A DNA stretch of 64,000 bases. Origin: Camelus ferus (taxonomy: Eukaryota). Shown here one piece after another: positions 1 to 12,610 of the stretch. Each line of letters starts with the position of its first letter. The stretch's first letter is position 1. The notes under the pieces were generated by a model that did no database searches, was not told the origin of the DNA, and saw only the letters and a list, made by a program, of their open reading frames with translations. The stretch spans positions 72,046,001 through 72,110,000 of the forward strand of contig NC_045697.1 of assembly GCF_009834535.1 (NCBI RefSeq). The letters run 5' to 3'. A program made the position numbers and the translations under genes.

Positions 1-58
1 AGTGGTAATTAAAGGTTAAGAAAATGTCTAAAGAGTGTAATTTTTTAACCAAACTTAC

Positions 59-78
59 TGTTCTCATACTCCTAATTA
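59..78 (-). other. Candidate small exon (20 nt; alternative acceptor gives 13 nt, 59-71)
   Basis: Minus strand reads ttttattttattttattttttag|TAATTAGGAGTATGAGAACA|gtaagt: T-rich tract plus AG and a consensus donor. Contains ATG AGA ACA. Confidence 0.3.
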
Positions 79-189
79 CTAAAAAATAAAATAAAATAAA
101 TTTAAAAATCACAACCTTGTTATACTACAAAAAATAAAAGGATAAAAATTATTTTTAAAAAATCAACCTCCGGAACCCCAGTCCTGTCT

Positions 190-1120
190 CAGACTTGCAG
201 GTAACTGGGGGCGCTCACACTAAGACCGTCAGTGTCATTCTCTTAGTTTTCTCCTTTGTCCATTTTACCTGGCCATCAGTCATTAAATTCTCATAAATCT
301 ATCTTGGCTTTCAGATGGGTCTACTCTGTCCAAGCCCACTGCCTTTATCCTGGGCTCAGGCCACCATCAAAGATTACCTAATAATGCAGCGGTCTTCCAG
401 CTAATCTGCTTGCCTTGTGAATTGTCCCTCACCAAATTGTTCTCTACAGGGAAGTCAGCGTGTGCTTTCTAAATGGGCTATCTGATCCCACTTCCTTGCT
501 CATAAAACCCTCAAAATATTTCCCATTGTTTCTGGCAAAATGTCTTTAATGTGACTTGTGAGGTCTTTTAGACCTAGTTTTCCTCCACAGACTCATCTCT
601 CACTTCTCACTTGATAGACTAGTACAATGAAGCTATTTTCAGGTCTCTGACCAGCCATGCCATCTATCCCCTCAGGGCCTTTGCACCTGCTACTCCTGCC
701 TCTTGAAATGCCATTCTCCATTCTTCATCACCACTACCACTCATCTTTACCATTCCTAGTTCAGCTGGCACTTACTCTTGAAAACCTCTAATGTTAATTT
801 TTTGGTTAGGTGCCTCTCCTATGTGTTCTTAACACATACAATGCTGTATTTTAATTGCCTGTTTATTTTTTTAAGCTATACACTAGATTATACTTTTTAA
901 AATTAAAGTATAGTTTATTTAAATATTGTATTAGTTTCAAGCATGCAGCAAAGTGATTCGTATTTTTTCCATTATGGGTTATTACAGGATAATGAATATT
1001 GCTCCCTGTGCTATACAATTAGTCCTTGTTGTTTATCGATCATAATTTTTGAAGGTTTTTATTTCCCACTGATTCTCACGTACTTCACATATTTTAGGTA
1101 TTCAATAAATATTGGTAAAA
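190..1120 (+). mobile_element. L2 LINE 3' portion, interrupted by a young L1 tail
   Basis: L2-like motifs such as ctcagggcctttgcacctgctactcctgcc and the terminal taggtattcaataaatattggtaaaatagatgaa. Confidence 0.7.
893..1036 (-). mobile_element. Short artiodactyl-type L1 3' end inside L2
   Basis: Reverse of the L1 tail (aagtatagttt...ccctgtgctataca...gtccttgttgtttat). Imperfect TSD gattatactttt / gatcataatttt. Confidence 0.8.
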
Positions 1121-2282
1121 TAGATGAAACAGTAAAATTAAAATTGTTAAATAAGGTTACTAAAAATTTTTAACAATCAAAAAGCTGGCAAAAAGTTTTA
1201 AATCATATAGAAAGAGTTGAAGCAAAACAGAAGGAAGATTAATAAGTTGAAACTCTATAAAAATCTAAGACAAAAATGCTACCTTCAGAACTCTCTGATA
1301 CCATTCCTGCTGTAGCCATGGATACTTGCCTGCTCGGATTCTGTTAATCCATTACTTAGAAAGCAATTTTAAAAGTTTGTAATACAAAGCAGGCATTTTC
1401 AATTGGAAAATTAAGTCAATCCAGTAAATTAGTCAATGTTTGATGACTTTTAGTGACATTGTTTAAATTTATGACCTCACCCAGTGAAACAATAAGGTGA
1501 TGAAAAGAACTAGCCTTTCAGTGAGGCTGAGCAGTAAGTAAAATCTGTTCCAGGCCTTTGACTCCATGATTTCTCTTCCTGCTGCTTCCACTTCAAGTCC
1601 TGGCTCTAAAATCAGAAGCTTTCTGTGTCTGTTTGCTGCCTCACCCCTTGGCAAATCTAAGAATCTTGCCTGGATGCGCTGCTGAACTGCCCTTTCCAGC
1701 TACAAACCATCTAAACGATGTGTGATCACTGCCGCTCCCCTCTCTCCACCTTGCTGGACACAAACCAATACCAGCACTTGAGAACATGAGTAAGAATTTC
1801 CAGTCAGCTAAGATGGAGAGGTTACTTTCCTGGACAATTCCAGAAACATGTGCAGCCTCGCCAGTCACTCTGGGTTCCCATCCAGGAAGCCTTGAGAAGC
1901 ACTTTCTAGATGGGACCCTACCATCAGGGCATCACTGTAGCCTAGTAAGAGTTGTTTCCAGCCTAATCCAGGTAGAGTTGCTCTGCTCTCTGGACAAAGA
2001 TTTAATCTTCAACAGCTTTTTAACGTTTCACTGTTCTCGACAGAAGGGGCAGGGCAGGAACTGTACTACCCCCTCACTGAAAAACCAAGTTGCAGATATA
2101 TTGTCATCACTAACTATATGAATAAGCCACTATAGTAATCCATTCCTTAAAAACACTATATTTGAGACTGCACAACTGTTTTGATCCTCAGTTTAGCAGG
2201 CAATGACTTTCAGCAAAACTAAGTGCTGGGGTGATTCTAAGGAATAACTGATGGAATCATACAAATTTCAAAAATATAATTC

Positions 2283-2420
2283 TTTCATTTATTTAACAAA
2301 TGCTTTTGGGGTGTGCCTTTTATGTGCCTGCCAGGCACTCTTCTATGCACTGAAGGATCATCAATAAACAAAACAGACTAAAATCCTTACCTTCTTAGAG
2401 TTCTTATTTCACTAGTAGTA
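2283..2420 (-). mobile_element. L2 3' fragment
   Basis: ttcatttatttaacaaatgc...tgccaggcactcttcta...aaacaaaacagac is the reverse L2 tail. Confidence 0.65.
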
Positions 2421-2869
2421 GAATGAAGTAACACATGTAGTTCATTTTTAAAAACACTTAGCATACAGTGAGTTATGTATAGTTATTAAATATCTTTTCA
2501 AAACCTACAATTTAAAGATTTGGAAATATGTATACATAATGTTAAGTGATAAAACAATTAAGATACAAAAATAAATATACTATATAAGTAATATATAAGT
2601 ATGATTTCCAAGTTTATAAAAAAATTAATGGAGGCGTATGTAGACATAGATATAGTTTCCAGATATAGCTAGAAATAGATTTAGGTTTAAAAAAGAGTAT
2701 AGATATACACTAACAGTTACTAGTATTATCTTTGGAGTGAGATTACCAATAATATTTAATTTCTTTTTTATATTCCTTGTACTTTCTAAAATTTCATAAT
2801 GAATATCATTTTAATAGTAGCAAAAGAATACTACATTATGTATTTCTAACTGCAAAAAAATTAGGCCAA

Positions 2870-3452
2870 GATGAAACTTTATTCATAATTGTCAACGTTG
2901 GAGGCAACCAAGATGTCTATCCAGACAGTGGAATATTATCCAGTGATAAAAAGAAATGAGATATCAAGCCATGACAGTCATAGAGGAACCTTAAATTTAC
3001 ACACTGACAATTGAAAGAGGGAAATCTGAAAAGGTTCCATATTATATGATTCCAACTATATGACATTCTGGAAAGGGTAATACAATGAAGGCAATAAAAA
3101 GATCAGTGGTTGCCAGTGGCTTAAGTAAAGAGAAGGATGAATAGGCAAAGCACAGAGGACTTTTAGGGCAATGAAAGTATATTATATGATACAATAATTG
3201 TGGATACACATCATTATATTTTGTCAAAATGCATAGAATTTGCAACACAAGTAGTGAACCCTAATGTAAACTATGGACTTTAGTCCATAATAATAATGTA
3301 TCAATACTGGCTCATCTATTGTAACAAATGTATCCCACTAATGTAAGTTGTTGATGATGGGGAAACTGGGGGAGCAAGAGAGAACTTGTAAAAACACTCT
3401 GTACTTTCCACTCATTTTTCTGTAAACCTAAAACTGCTCTAAAATAAATATA
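2870..3452 (+). mobile_element. Old L1 (L1MC-like) 3' UTR
   Basis: tttattcataattg...gtgaaccctaatgtaaactatggactt...ctgtaaacctaaaactgctctaaaataaa, typical of the L1MC 3' end. Confidence 0.8.
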
Positions 3453-4300
3453 TTAATTATTTTCAAGAAAACAGCTAAGATGAACTCTTATCTTTTTGAC
3501 CTTCCAACATACAAAACATGGTACAAAATTGTGGCTCCGAGATCTTGGAACTTCAGAGACCAGTAAAATTTCCCTAAAAGAGTTAGGAAGAGGCAAAGAG
3601 TTTCCCACTTTCCTTTGCCAAGTAAGCACATTAAATAATGCATCTCTGTGCACATACACACCCGCTCACTCTCTCCATAATATTCCTTAAGAGGGAGGAC
3701 ATTTTATCAGCTAGAATGTAAAAGCATAATCTTAAGGTAAGAAAAATTCCATTAAGTGCAATAAACTTGGCCTTATGAAAAACTCACTCCATTTTGTTAC
3801 TTTTCTCCTTTCACCATGCCCTTGTGTACACCCATCTCACTTGAGTTGGGAATCACTGGTATATGGCCCAAACTACAATCCAGAAATTGAGAGGGATGTG
3901 CTAAAAAAAAAAAAAAAAAAAAAATCAAGACTTTTCAGCCTGGTCTTCCCAAGGATGGAGAGTCAGTCTCCTGAAGTCAGCCATTCTTGACCAGTTGGCT
4001 GGTTGCAGGTTCCATGCTGTTCTTTGCCATTCTTCATGATCATGAAATCATGTAAAATGTTCAAATGCTAATGTCTTGTAGACAGTGAGTTAGTCTTCCA
4101 AGGTGGTCATTTGATTTGTTTATGTCCTTAAAGTTCTGACTCCTGTTCCTGTGAAACAGAACTAGGAGTGTATGTTTACAGAGCAGATCCCCCAATAAGA
4201 CCATTAGACTGTGGTTCACTGAAGAGTCAATGAAGTGAGGATGGCGTGCTGCCAGAGGAGGCAGGTGTTGTGACTCAAAAGATCTCAAATAGGTACTCAC

Positions 4301-4433
4301 TGCCCCACCTCAAGAAGACGCTCAGAACTTCCAGACCCAGTACTGTGGTCTACTGCTTCCCCTGCCAGCTCTCATCTCTGCCCCAGGCCAATAGCATCAC
4401 AAGGTGTGGCTTAGCTAGAATTTACCCCTATCT
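4301..4433 (-). other. Candidate non-coding exon (133 nt)
   Basis: ctcactctcttttccttctcag|AGATAG...GGGGCA|gtgagt. Stop codons occur in all three frames near its start. Confidence 0.25.
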
Positions 4434-6639
4434 CTGAGAAGGAAAAGAGAGTGAGGAGCATTTGCATTGAGGGGCAGGGGTAACCCCCCCCATCTGTTAG
4501 TTATGGGTTATTTTACACAATTACAGGAAATGGCAAAGTTTTCCTCAGGTACAACATTCAGGGGGATTCCTGATACCATCATCCAGCCAAATTCTCTGGC
4601 TAGCAGTGTAGGGCAAGTGGGGGGACTCCTGGAGTAATGCAAGGATTTAATGACAAAGTCACTGAAGGTGGGAAGGGGCTCACACACACCGTTCCCTTCC
4701 TCCTCAATCTCAGGGAAATGAGGGCAAATTCACTTTCTTCCTCTCACGCTCTCAACAAAGATTAGAAAGAAAGCCTTTGCACTGTGAGTTGGGCTTCTCC
4801 TCAGCACTTGAGTGATTATTGTTCTGGGAAGAAAGCAGTGTGGTCCTATCCGTTTCTCTGACCCCTTCTTTGTAAACTGACAAAGAGAGATGGGTGAATT
4901 CCTCTGGTTATTCCGGTTCCACAGAATTTACTCCAAATTAAAGGGAATGTTTCGGGTACAAATTCTGAGGATCGAGTTGCAAATAACACTTAGTGCCTCT
5001 ATTTATTAAACAAGAGAAAACTGATCTTTCTTTTAAGGATATTGGTCCTTCAAGAGAAAAGTAGTCTCATGCATCTGATAACAGAGATCAGATGGGCTAT
5101 GATACAAGTTAATGCACCCATTATGCTCTATTTAAATTATTTTACTTCATTCACTGACTGTTGCTTGTGCCAAATTAACACCGCAGGTTTTAGGGTAAAA
5201 CTGCTGTATTCTACATACTGATAAAGTGACCTGGTACAAAATAACCCTGCACTGACTCCTCAGCCCAGACAAAATCATGGAGGTGCAGAACATACCAGCA
5301 CAGTGAAATTCCACTGCCATCCTGGGACTCTCACAACAAGCTTGAAAGAGTCCTTCTCCACACACACTAACTTAGGCACCTGCCCTAAGCCACTTTTCTG
5401 ATATGATTTTTTTTTTCAGTCTTGAGAACCACCAGGAAAACACCAGCTGCCTGACTCTTCTGTCCTCCTAACAATACCACTGACGACCTTTGAACCAGTT
5501 TTCTTAATTCCCTTTGTGTTGATTTGTCGGGACAGATAATTCCAGGGGAATTAAGTTTTGGCAACAAAAGACCAGGCATCTTGCCTAAACCAGAGCACCA
5601 GAGTCACTTTATTATGGGCCATTGACACATCTTGTTTATAAAATGTAAACCCCACACTCTTCGTCCTTTCCTATTCTGGTAATTCCAAACCACTCCCTTT
5701 CCAGGCTCCCACCTTGCAGATGTACTGGTTAATACCTTTCCTATAGAGTTAAGAAATGACGCACTACTGTCCTGTTTGCCAGATTCTTTCTTCCTCATTC
5801 AGAGTGAACTGCTAAGGTCTTATCTTAGCAATAACTATTAACTTTATTTTGTACGCATTGTGGAAACCTTTAGGTAAAATGGTAGAAGTCTGATTTCTTT
5901 CTCAGAACCTCTGTATCTTTGGTCCCTTCCAGGCATACACTTCAGGTTTCCACGTTTTCTCTATTTGCCCCTATATTATAATTAGCTTTCCAGAAAAAAT
6001 AATAATCATTCATCCTAAGGTATAAGACTGGCAAAATTTAGCCCCTTTCCAAAGATGTTTGCTTTAACAGAGAACCAAAATCTCAATTTCCAATGCTAGA
6101 AATGCAACATCACTAAAAGGTCCCGGGGAAAGATACCTTTCTGCTTTCCTTTAAATCATCCCCCAGAACATAGTGTTCAAATTGTGTATGACAACCCACT
6201 TTGTGGGTTAACACCAACTTATTTTTTCATAAAATAAAAGAGAAGTAAATATAAGCATCAGGACAGAATCACTTAAAGGTAAATAATGTTTCTTAGAATT
6301 TTCATTTCTGTTATACGGATGTATGTATAACATATGTACATATATGTACTTACATATGAAACATATAAATGCATTTTTTATAATGTCCTTCATCAAGAAA
6401 AGTATGAGAGTTACCTGCCTCTTGCTTCTAAGCCAAGTTATTAAGTTCTTTTAACTCTTCTTGTATAACTTCACTAACATCCATCCCTACTTTTCCACTC
6501 TTTACTATCAACATAGGTCAGACTTTTTCATTTCAATTCTGAAGTTCTGCCGTAATCACAAAGTCAACATAACTGCAGTGTCTTTCATCTTCTGATGTTT
6601 AGAGTTTGTGGAACACAGCACTTCTTTATTCAAACTCAT

Positions 6640-7155
6640 TCTGTAACTCTCAAAACTTTGCCCAACAAGAATCTGCATGCTTTAGCCTGGTTCTCCACCA
6701 TCTGACCCATTTTTACCTTGTCAGCCTCACCTCCTACAGTTACCAGATCCGCCCCCAGGCACTCTTCTTTCCTGCCTCCATAGCTGTGCTTACACCCACT
6801 GACTCTCATCCTTCAGCCTGAAACAGCCTCCTTATCTTCATCCTCATCCTATCAGTTCCCATGTCCTCCATCCTCCATGGTAAAGTCACATCCTCCATCA
6901 GTTCCCATGTCCTCCTACTTCCACAATACATCACAGACCACTCGTACCTCTCCCTCCTGGGAAGTCCTAAGTTTTATTATTTTCAGCCCTTCACTGATCC
7001 ATATTGTTAGTGCCTTCATATTTTCAGTTATTTTCTGTATTTTTACCAAACTTTTCAAAGAGATTGTAAGCTCCTTAAAAGACCGACTCTCAAGTTTTTT
7101 CACTATCCACAGCACTTAAAGTAAAGGCTCTCAACAAACATGTTTTAATTAACGG
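6640..7155 (+). mobile_element. L2 3' fragment
   Basis: agattgtaagctccttaaaagac...cacagcactta...ctcaacaaacatgttttaatt resembles the L2 tail. Confidence 0.6.
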
Positions 7156-7439
7156 ATTTCTCCTATAATACATATGATGATATGACCACTATGACCTAAG
7201 AGTGAAAAAATTGACCATAAATTTAAAGGAATGCCTATTATTTGGTTTATTTTTGATATTTGATTTTCAGAAAATTTTCATTTTCTAAATAAAAAAGAAA
7301 TTGTTATTATTCTTAAATCATATGTAATTTTAACTTTCCAATCAACTGTACTACTCATACTGTTACTAGAAATCTTGTCTCATTTCCCTTGTATTACCAC
7401 TCTCTGCAGAAGGTTTCAATGAAAAAAAGGTTAGGTTAT

Positions 7440-7608
7440 TGAATGTTTTGAAGTGTTCAAGGTGGAATTGGTGGTCTTATTGACAGAGAGTTTCTTCTCA
7501 CTAGAGGGATTGAACCACAGGTTGCACAGATACTTGGAAAAGCTAAGTGTAGGAGGAATACAATCATCAGGTGATGGTTGAACTTCGTGGATTTACCATT
7601 CCTAACCC
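7440..7608 (+). mobile_element. L3/CR1-like 3' end
   Basis: tcactagagggattgaaccacaggttg...ggttgaactt...ccattcctaacc resembles the L3 3' terminus. Confidence 0.45.
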
Positions 7609-7610
7609 GA

Positions 7611-8845
7611 ATGAAGTTGAATCCCTACCTCACACTTTATGCAAAAAATTAATTCAAAATGGATCAAAGACCTAAATGCTAAAGCTAAGATAGTAAAACA
7701 CTTAGAAAACACAGGTGCAAATCTCTGTGACCTGAGATTAGACAATAATTTCTTATATTTGACTCCTAAAGCACAGTGATGAACAAAAAAAAAAGATGAA
7801 TTTAAATTCATTAAAATTAATTTGTGCTTTAAAAAGTCCAGAAAATGAAGACAACCCATAAAATGGTAAAAAAAAAAAAAAAAAAAGGAAGAAACTGCAA
7901 ATCATGTATCTGATAAGAGCCTAGAATCCAGAATATATAAAGAACTCTGATGATTCAACAACAAAAATACAAAAAAAAACTTGATTAAAAAATGGACAAA
8001 GAATTTGAATATACATTTATCCAAGAAGATACACAAATGGCCAATAAGCACAGAAAAGACTTTCAACATTATTTGTCATTAGGGAAATGCAAATAAAAAT
8101 TACAATGAGATACCACTTCACACCCACTGGGATGGCTGTCATTAAAAGATGAACACTAACACTTGTTGACAAGAATATGGAGAAATTGGAAACTTCATAT
8201 GATTCTGGTGAGAATGAAAAAAGACTGCAGCCACTTTGGAAAGCATTTTGGTAGTTCCTCAAAAAGTTAAACATAGTTAACATATGATCCAGCAATTCTA
8301 CTCTTATAAATCCAGTAGAATTGAAAACAAATGTATGTTCTCAGAAAAATTTGTAACACAGCAACATTATTCAAAACAGTCAAAAAGTGGAAGTAACTCA
8401 AATATCCATTAACAGATGAATGGATAAATAATACATGGTAAAAAACCAATACATTGGAATATTATTCAGCCATAAAGAGGAATGAATTTCTGATACTTAT
8501 CAGAACATTATGAAAAATGAAGACATTTTGCTAAATGAACTAAGCCAGATACAAAAGACCACATACTCTAGGATTCTATTTATTGGAAATGTCCAAAATA
8601 GGCAAATCCATACAGACAGCAGGTAGATTAGTGTTTGCCAAGGGCTTGGGAGAATGGGAAAATGAGAAGTGACTGCTTATGGGTTTAGGGTTTCTTTTTA
8701 GGGTGATAGTAATGTTCTGGAATTAGATAGTGGTGAAGAGTACACAACTCTGTGAATACATTAAAAGCTATTAAGTTTTGTATACTTTAAAGGGGGTGGA
8801 TTTTATTGTAAGTGAATTATACCCCAATTTAAAATAATAATAAAA
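7611..8845 (+). mobile_element. L1MB-like LINE, end of ORF2 plus 3' UTR
   Basis: ORF2 C-terminal motifs (cctacctcacac, atggatcaaagacctaaatg, agggaaatgcaaat) and L1MB 3' UTR (gggtttctttttagggtgat...aatgttctggaattagatagtggtga), ending in an A-rich tail. Confidence 0.9.
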
Positions 8846-9022
8846 GAGAAAAGTCAAACCACTTATCATGATATTAAATAAGAAAATATTTAAGCCAAAG
8901 TTAATTTGATGACAAGAAACCTAGTTATCAGTCATTTATGGGTTTTGTTTGAACCATTCGATTACCTGTAGTTATTTATCTACATGTCTGACTTATACAT
9001 TTAACAGGTGCTTCTGAAACTA

Positions 9023-9269
9023 TCAGTGGCATAGAATTTTTAGATTTTAAAATTTCCAGTCTGTCTCAGAGCAATACTTTTTCAAAATACAATAAAAAGG
9101 CAATGACATGACTAGCAGAATGATACCAACACACATAAAATTACTGCTAAACTTCTGTAATCTTTCTTAAACGTTAACTCCTAATTGCTGTACTTATTTC
9201 ACAATCAACTCAGTAAGAAACAGTTTGTGGGCTGGCACTGGTCCACGGCCCACACTTTGAGTAACACTG
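9023..9269. mobile_element. hAT-Charlie family non-autonomous DNA transposon
   Basis: Starts with cagtgg and ends ggtccacggcccacactttgagtaacactg, a Charlie/MER5-type terminus. Confidence 0.55.
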
Positions 9270-9989
9270 CTTTTGGATATATATGTTCTCAAAGATAGAA
9301 GCATGTTTCATTCACCGTTGTATCTCCTCTCGGAGCACAGAGTGGGCACAGGTAGCACAGACTGATTGCTGGTTAAATTGGATAAACCAACCTACCTCTG
9401 GATGGCAGCTTCAGCAGTAGATAATTCAAACAACCGGTGAGAAGACTATTGGATTCAGAACTCAGGCAACAGAAACTGGCTAAGATCAGCTATCCTAGCC
9501 AGTAGTCTTTAGGGACCATGGTTCATCACGGCGATATTCATTATTCTTCTACATTAAATGGCAATTACGCTTTTTTATTTCACCTGTTTATACCTTAACT
9601 CCGTTAACTAGAAGGACATCACTTACAAAATGAATAACTATAGTCAAAGCAAAGCCCAAATTAGAAACAGAACCATTTTAGCTCTAAAATGACCAAGAAC
9701 TTCAGTGTTGAACTTTGACACACAATTCATAGAATATTTACAGAAAGTGCTTCCTAGTGTTGCTAAGAATAGCCCTATTTTGTTTCTCCTGTCACACAAA
9801 CTCACACATTCACACAATGTAAAACTTGACAATGGAACCATTCCAGGTAAGAGAAGTTTCCAAAATCTTTTACAAACTCCCTCCCCCTATACATATATAA
9901 AATCAATCACTCATCTTCAGGGGATGCTATGGAACCAAATCCAATTTTTCACCTAAAAACTGGTGAGTAAAGGGCACAAATCAAAACTG

Positions 9990-10160
9990 CAAGATCCTAT
10001 CATATAGCACAGGGAACTATATTCGATACCTTGTAATGGCTTATAATGAATAAAATATGAAGAGGAATATATAAATGTATAAATGAACACTATGCTATAT
10101 ACCAGAAATGAACATAATATTGCAAATCCACCATACCTCAATAAAAAAAGAAAAAAAAAT
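9990..10160 (+). mobile_element. Young artiodactyl/camelid-type L1 3' end
   Basis: atatagcacagggaactatattc...ctatgctatataccagaaa...ctcaataaaaaaag followed by poly(A). Confidence 0.85.
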
Positions 10161-10369
10161 TTTTATTATGCAGCCTTTCCTATATAAATTGTACTTCTAG
10201 GTAGCCTAATAGTAGGTGAAGGGAGCATCTCTTAATAAAAGTATTTCAGCTAATAATTGAAAACCAAATGACAGAATTAGAGCCTCACCCTTTTTGCAAG
10301 CCCCAGTGAATGAATACTTTGCAGTGATGAGTGTCAATGTCTGGTAACACCAGAAAAACATATGGATCC

Positions 10370-10890
10370 ATGGAATTAAATGTGAGTCTGACCAAGCTAC
10401 TGGACCCAGCTGCCAATGCTCAGGAAATACAGAGGATAAAGCAGTGTGTTGAACTGCACCATGAGGATGCCGTGAAAACAGTCCAGGCTGCAAGACACGT
10501 GAGTGAAATGGCCTAGGTTCTTTAACAAACTGTAACACAGAGAATGGAATGGAGGCTAGCCCATAGATTAAAAAGACATAAAAGATACTGCATTTTTCAA
10601 ATGGGAAAAATCAACTATCGTGTCAAATAATGCACACTTAAGTGATAAAAATCATGAAAAAAGGAAGTGATTATCATAAGAGTCAGGGTAATGGTTACCT
10701 TTGGAGAGAGGGGCCTGTGTGACCAGAACAGGTCACCTGGAGGGCCTTCTGGAATGGCTGGAAAAACTTTATATTTTGGCTTAGGTGGTAGTTAAAAGAG
10801 CATTCAGTTTATAATAACTCAGAGTTACATAACTCTGTGTGGTTTTTCTGGATCTGAACTTTAATTTCATAATAAAAAAGAAAAATATGT
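10370..10890 (+). mobile_element. Old L1 (L1MC/ME-like) 3' UTR
   Basis: atagattaaaaagacataaaagata; agtcagggtaatggttacctttgg; ends aataaaaaagaaaaa. Confidence 0.6.
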
Positions 10891-10945
10891 AAGTCTTGTG
10901 ATTAAAAAAAACTAATACAGCTTTATTTGACACCTCATAACTCAC

Positions 10946-11029
10946 CTGGAAAACAGCACAGAGGCTTACAGGAATATCCTCCCTGTGTGATTTACAAGTA
11001 TTACCTTCTCTAAATTGAAGGATTCTTTC
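10946..11029 (-). other. Candidate exon (84 nt, open in phase 0: ERILQFREGNTCKSHREDIPVSLCAVFQ)
   Basis: ctctacttacag|GAAAGA...TTCCAG|gtgagt. The translated peptide is not recognised. Confidence 0.25.
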
Positions 11030-11309
11030 CTGTAAGTAGAGCTGGAGTTGTAAATTCCTTACATGGTTCCAAAGTACACAGCTGAAACTGGCCCTATGGT
11101 TAGTTATCACATTCTGAGTCAGATACCAGCTTTACTAGCAATTAAAAAACATACAAATATTTAACCAAAAAAATTGGGTAAAACCTACACATAGGTTCTG
11201 GCTCTAGGCTGTGACAATATACTGGCTTCCCAGAGTCTATCCCTGTTTCCTTAAAATCCTCTCCACATTGCAACCAAAATGGTCATTTTTAAAACCTAAA
11301 TGAGAATGG

Positions 11310-12020
11310 TAAGAGCACTTCAGAAAAAAGGTCTGCTAGTGTCTTGCAAAGCAAAACACACCTAGTCTACGACCCAGCAATTCCACTCCCAGAAATTTAC
11401 ACAAGAGAAATGAAAGTACAGTCAGCCCCCCGTGTCAGCAGATGAGGGATGTTCTACACCACTGCACCTAAGGGTCTTGAGAATCTGTGGGTTTTGGAAT
11501 CCACAGGAGTCCTAGATCCAATCTCCTGGGATGCCAAGGGACAGCTGTATATGTTTACAAAAACATCTGTGCATGAATTCTCTTCACAAGTTTATTCGTA
11601 ATTGTTAAACACTGCGGACAGCCCAAATGCCATCATGAACTGTGGTATGTTTATATAATAGACTACTACTCCAAAATGAAAAGGAATAAGTTACTGATGC
11701 GTGTAACAACGTGGATGAATTTCAAAAAGAATATCTTGAATGAAAGACACCTTACAAAAAGAGCACATACAGTATGAATATATATATGGGAAATTCTACA
11801 ACTGGTTACATTAATCTACGGTGGAAAAAATGAATATAATAGTTTTCTCTGGGGCAGTGGGTATGAATATTAACTGGGAATGAGTACAAGGTTTCTGTGG
11901 TGAAGGTTAAGGTCCATATCTCAGTAGGGATATATATTTGAGTTGCACAAGTGGAGGTATTTGTCAAAAGTCAGCAATTTATGTAGTTTTTTACCAAAAT
12001 TAAAAAAAAAAAAAAAAAAC
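11310..12020 (+). mobile_element. Old L1 3' region hosting a Tigger MITE
   Basis: acgacccagcaattccactccc...aagagaaatgaaa; caacgtggatgaatttcaaa; poly(A) at about 12002-12019. Confidence 0.75.
11419..11547. mobile_element. TcMar-Tigger MITE (MER2/Tigger3-like, internally deleted)
   Basis: TA|cagtcagccccccgtgtc...gatgccaagggacagctg|TA: imperfect TIRs and a TA TSD. Confidence 0.75.
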
Positions 12021-12439
12021 TCTGTCATCTGGGTAGATTTCCACTGTCTTCTACTGCTAACTGGTTTAATTGTACCTAATGTTCTTTTTGCAGTAAAAGG
12101 TTGAGAAGTTCTTCAGCACTGTGTTCAACACTGCGTGTAATCCTGCCTTTGTGCAAGATTTGAAATTTCACATGGCAATTGATCTGCATTTTATCCTGGC
12201 ATCCCAAAATTGGTCAGGGGCTGACAGAGAAGGCACACTATAGGCATCAAAATCTCTAGTGGTGTTAAAGGAAGCACGACTGGAGATTGATGTTATTAGC
12301 AGAAGTTCATGAGTAAACATTTTCATGTTATGAGGACTTGTGCTTCTTTACAGAAATCCGTAACTTTACTTTGGGGACTCCCTGAATGAAGATTTGTGGC
12401 AAGCAAGGACTCCCTACATGCTTATTTCAAGCTCCTTGA

Positions 12440-12610
12440 GCTTGGTGTCCACCTTCTATAACTATGTGATCTCGGACACCAAGTTCCCGATTTCTTAGCC
12501 TCTAAAAATAGGAATAAATTTGCTCCACCTACTGTGATTATTGTGAGCATTAAAATGAGTAAATCAATAGTGTCTAACACATCATAGGTGCTGAATAGAT
12601 ATTCTTATCA
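12440..12610 (+). mobile_element. MIR SINE
   Basis: ctatgtgatctcggac...gcctctaaaaataggaataa...gattattgtgagcattaaaatgag, MIR core. Confidence 0.6.
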
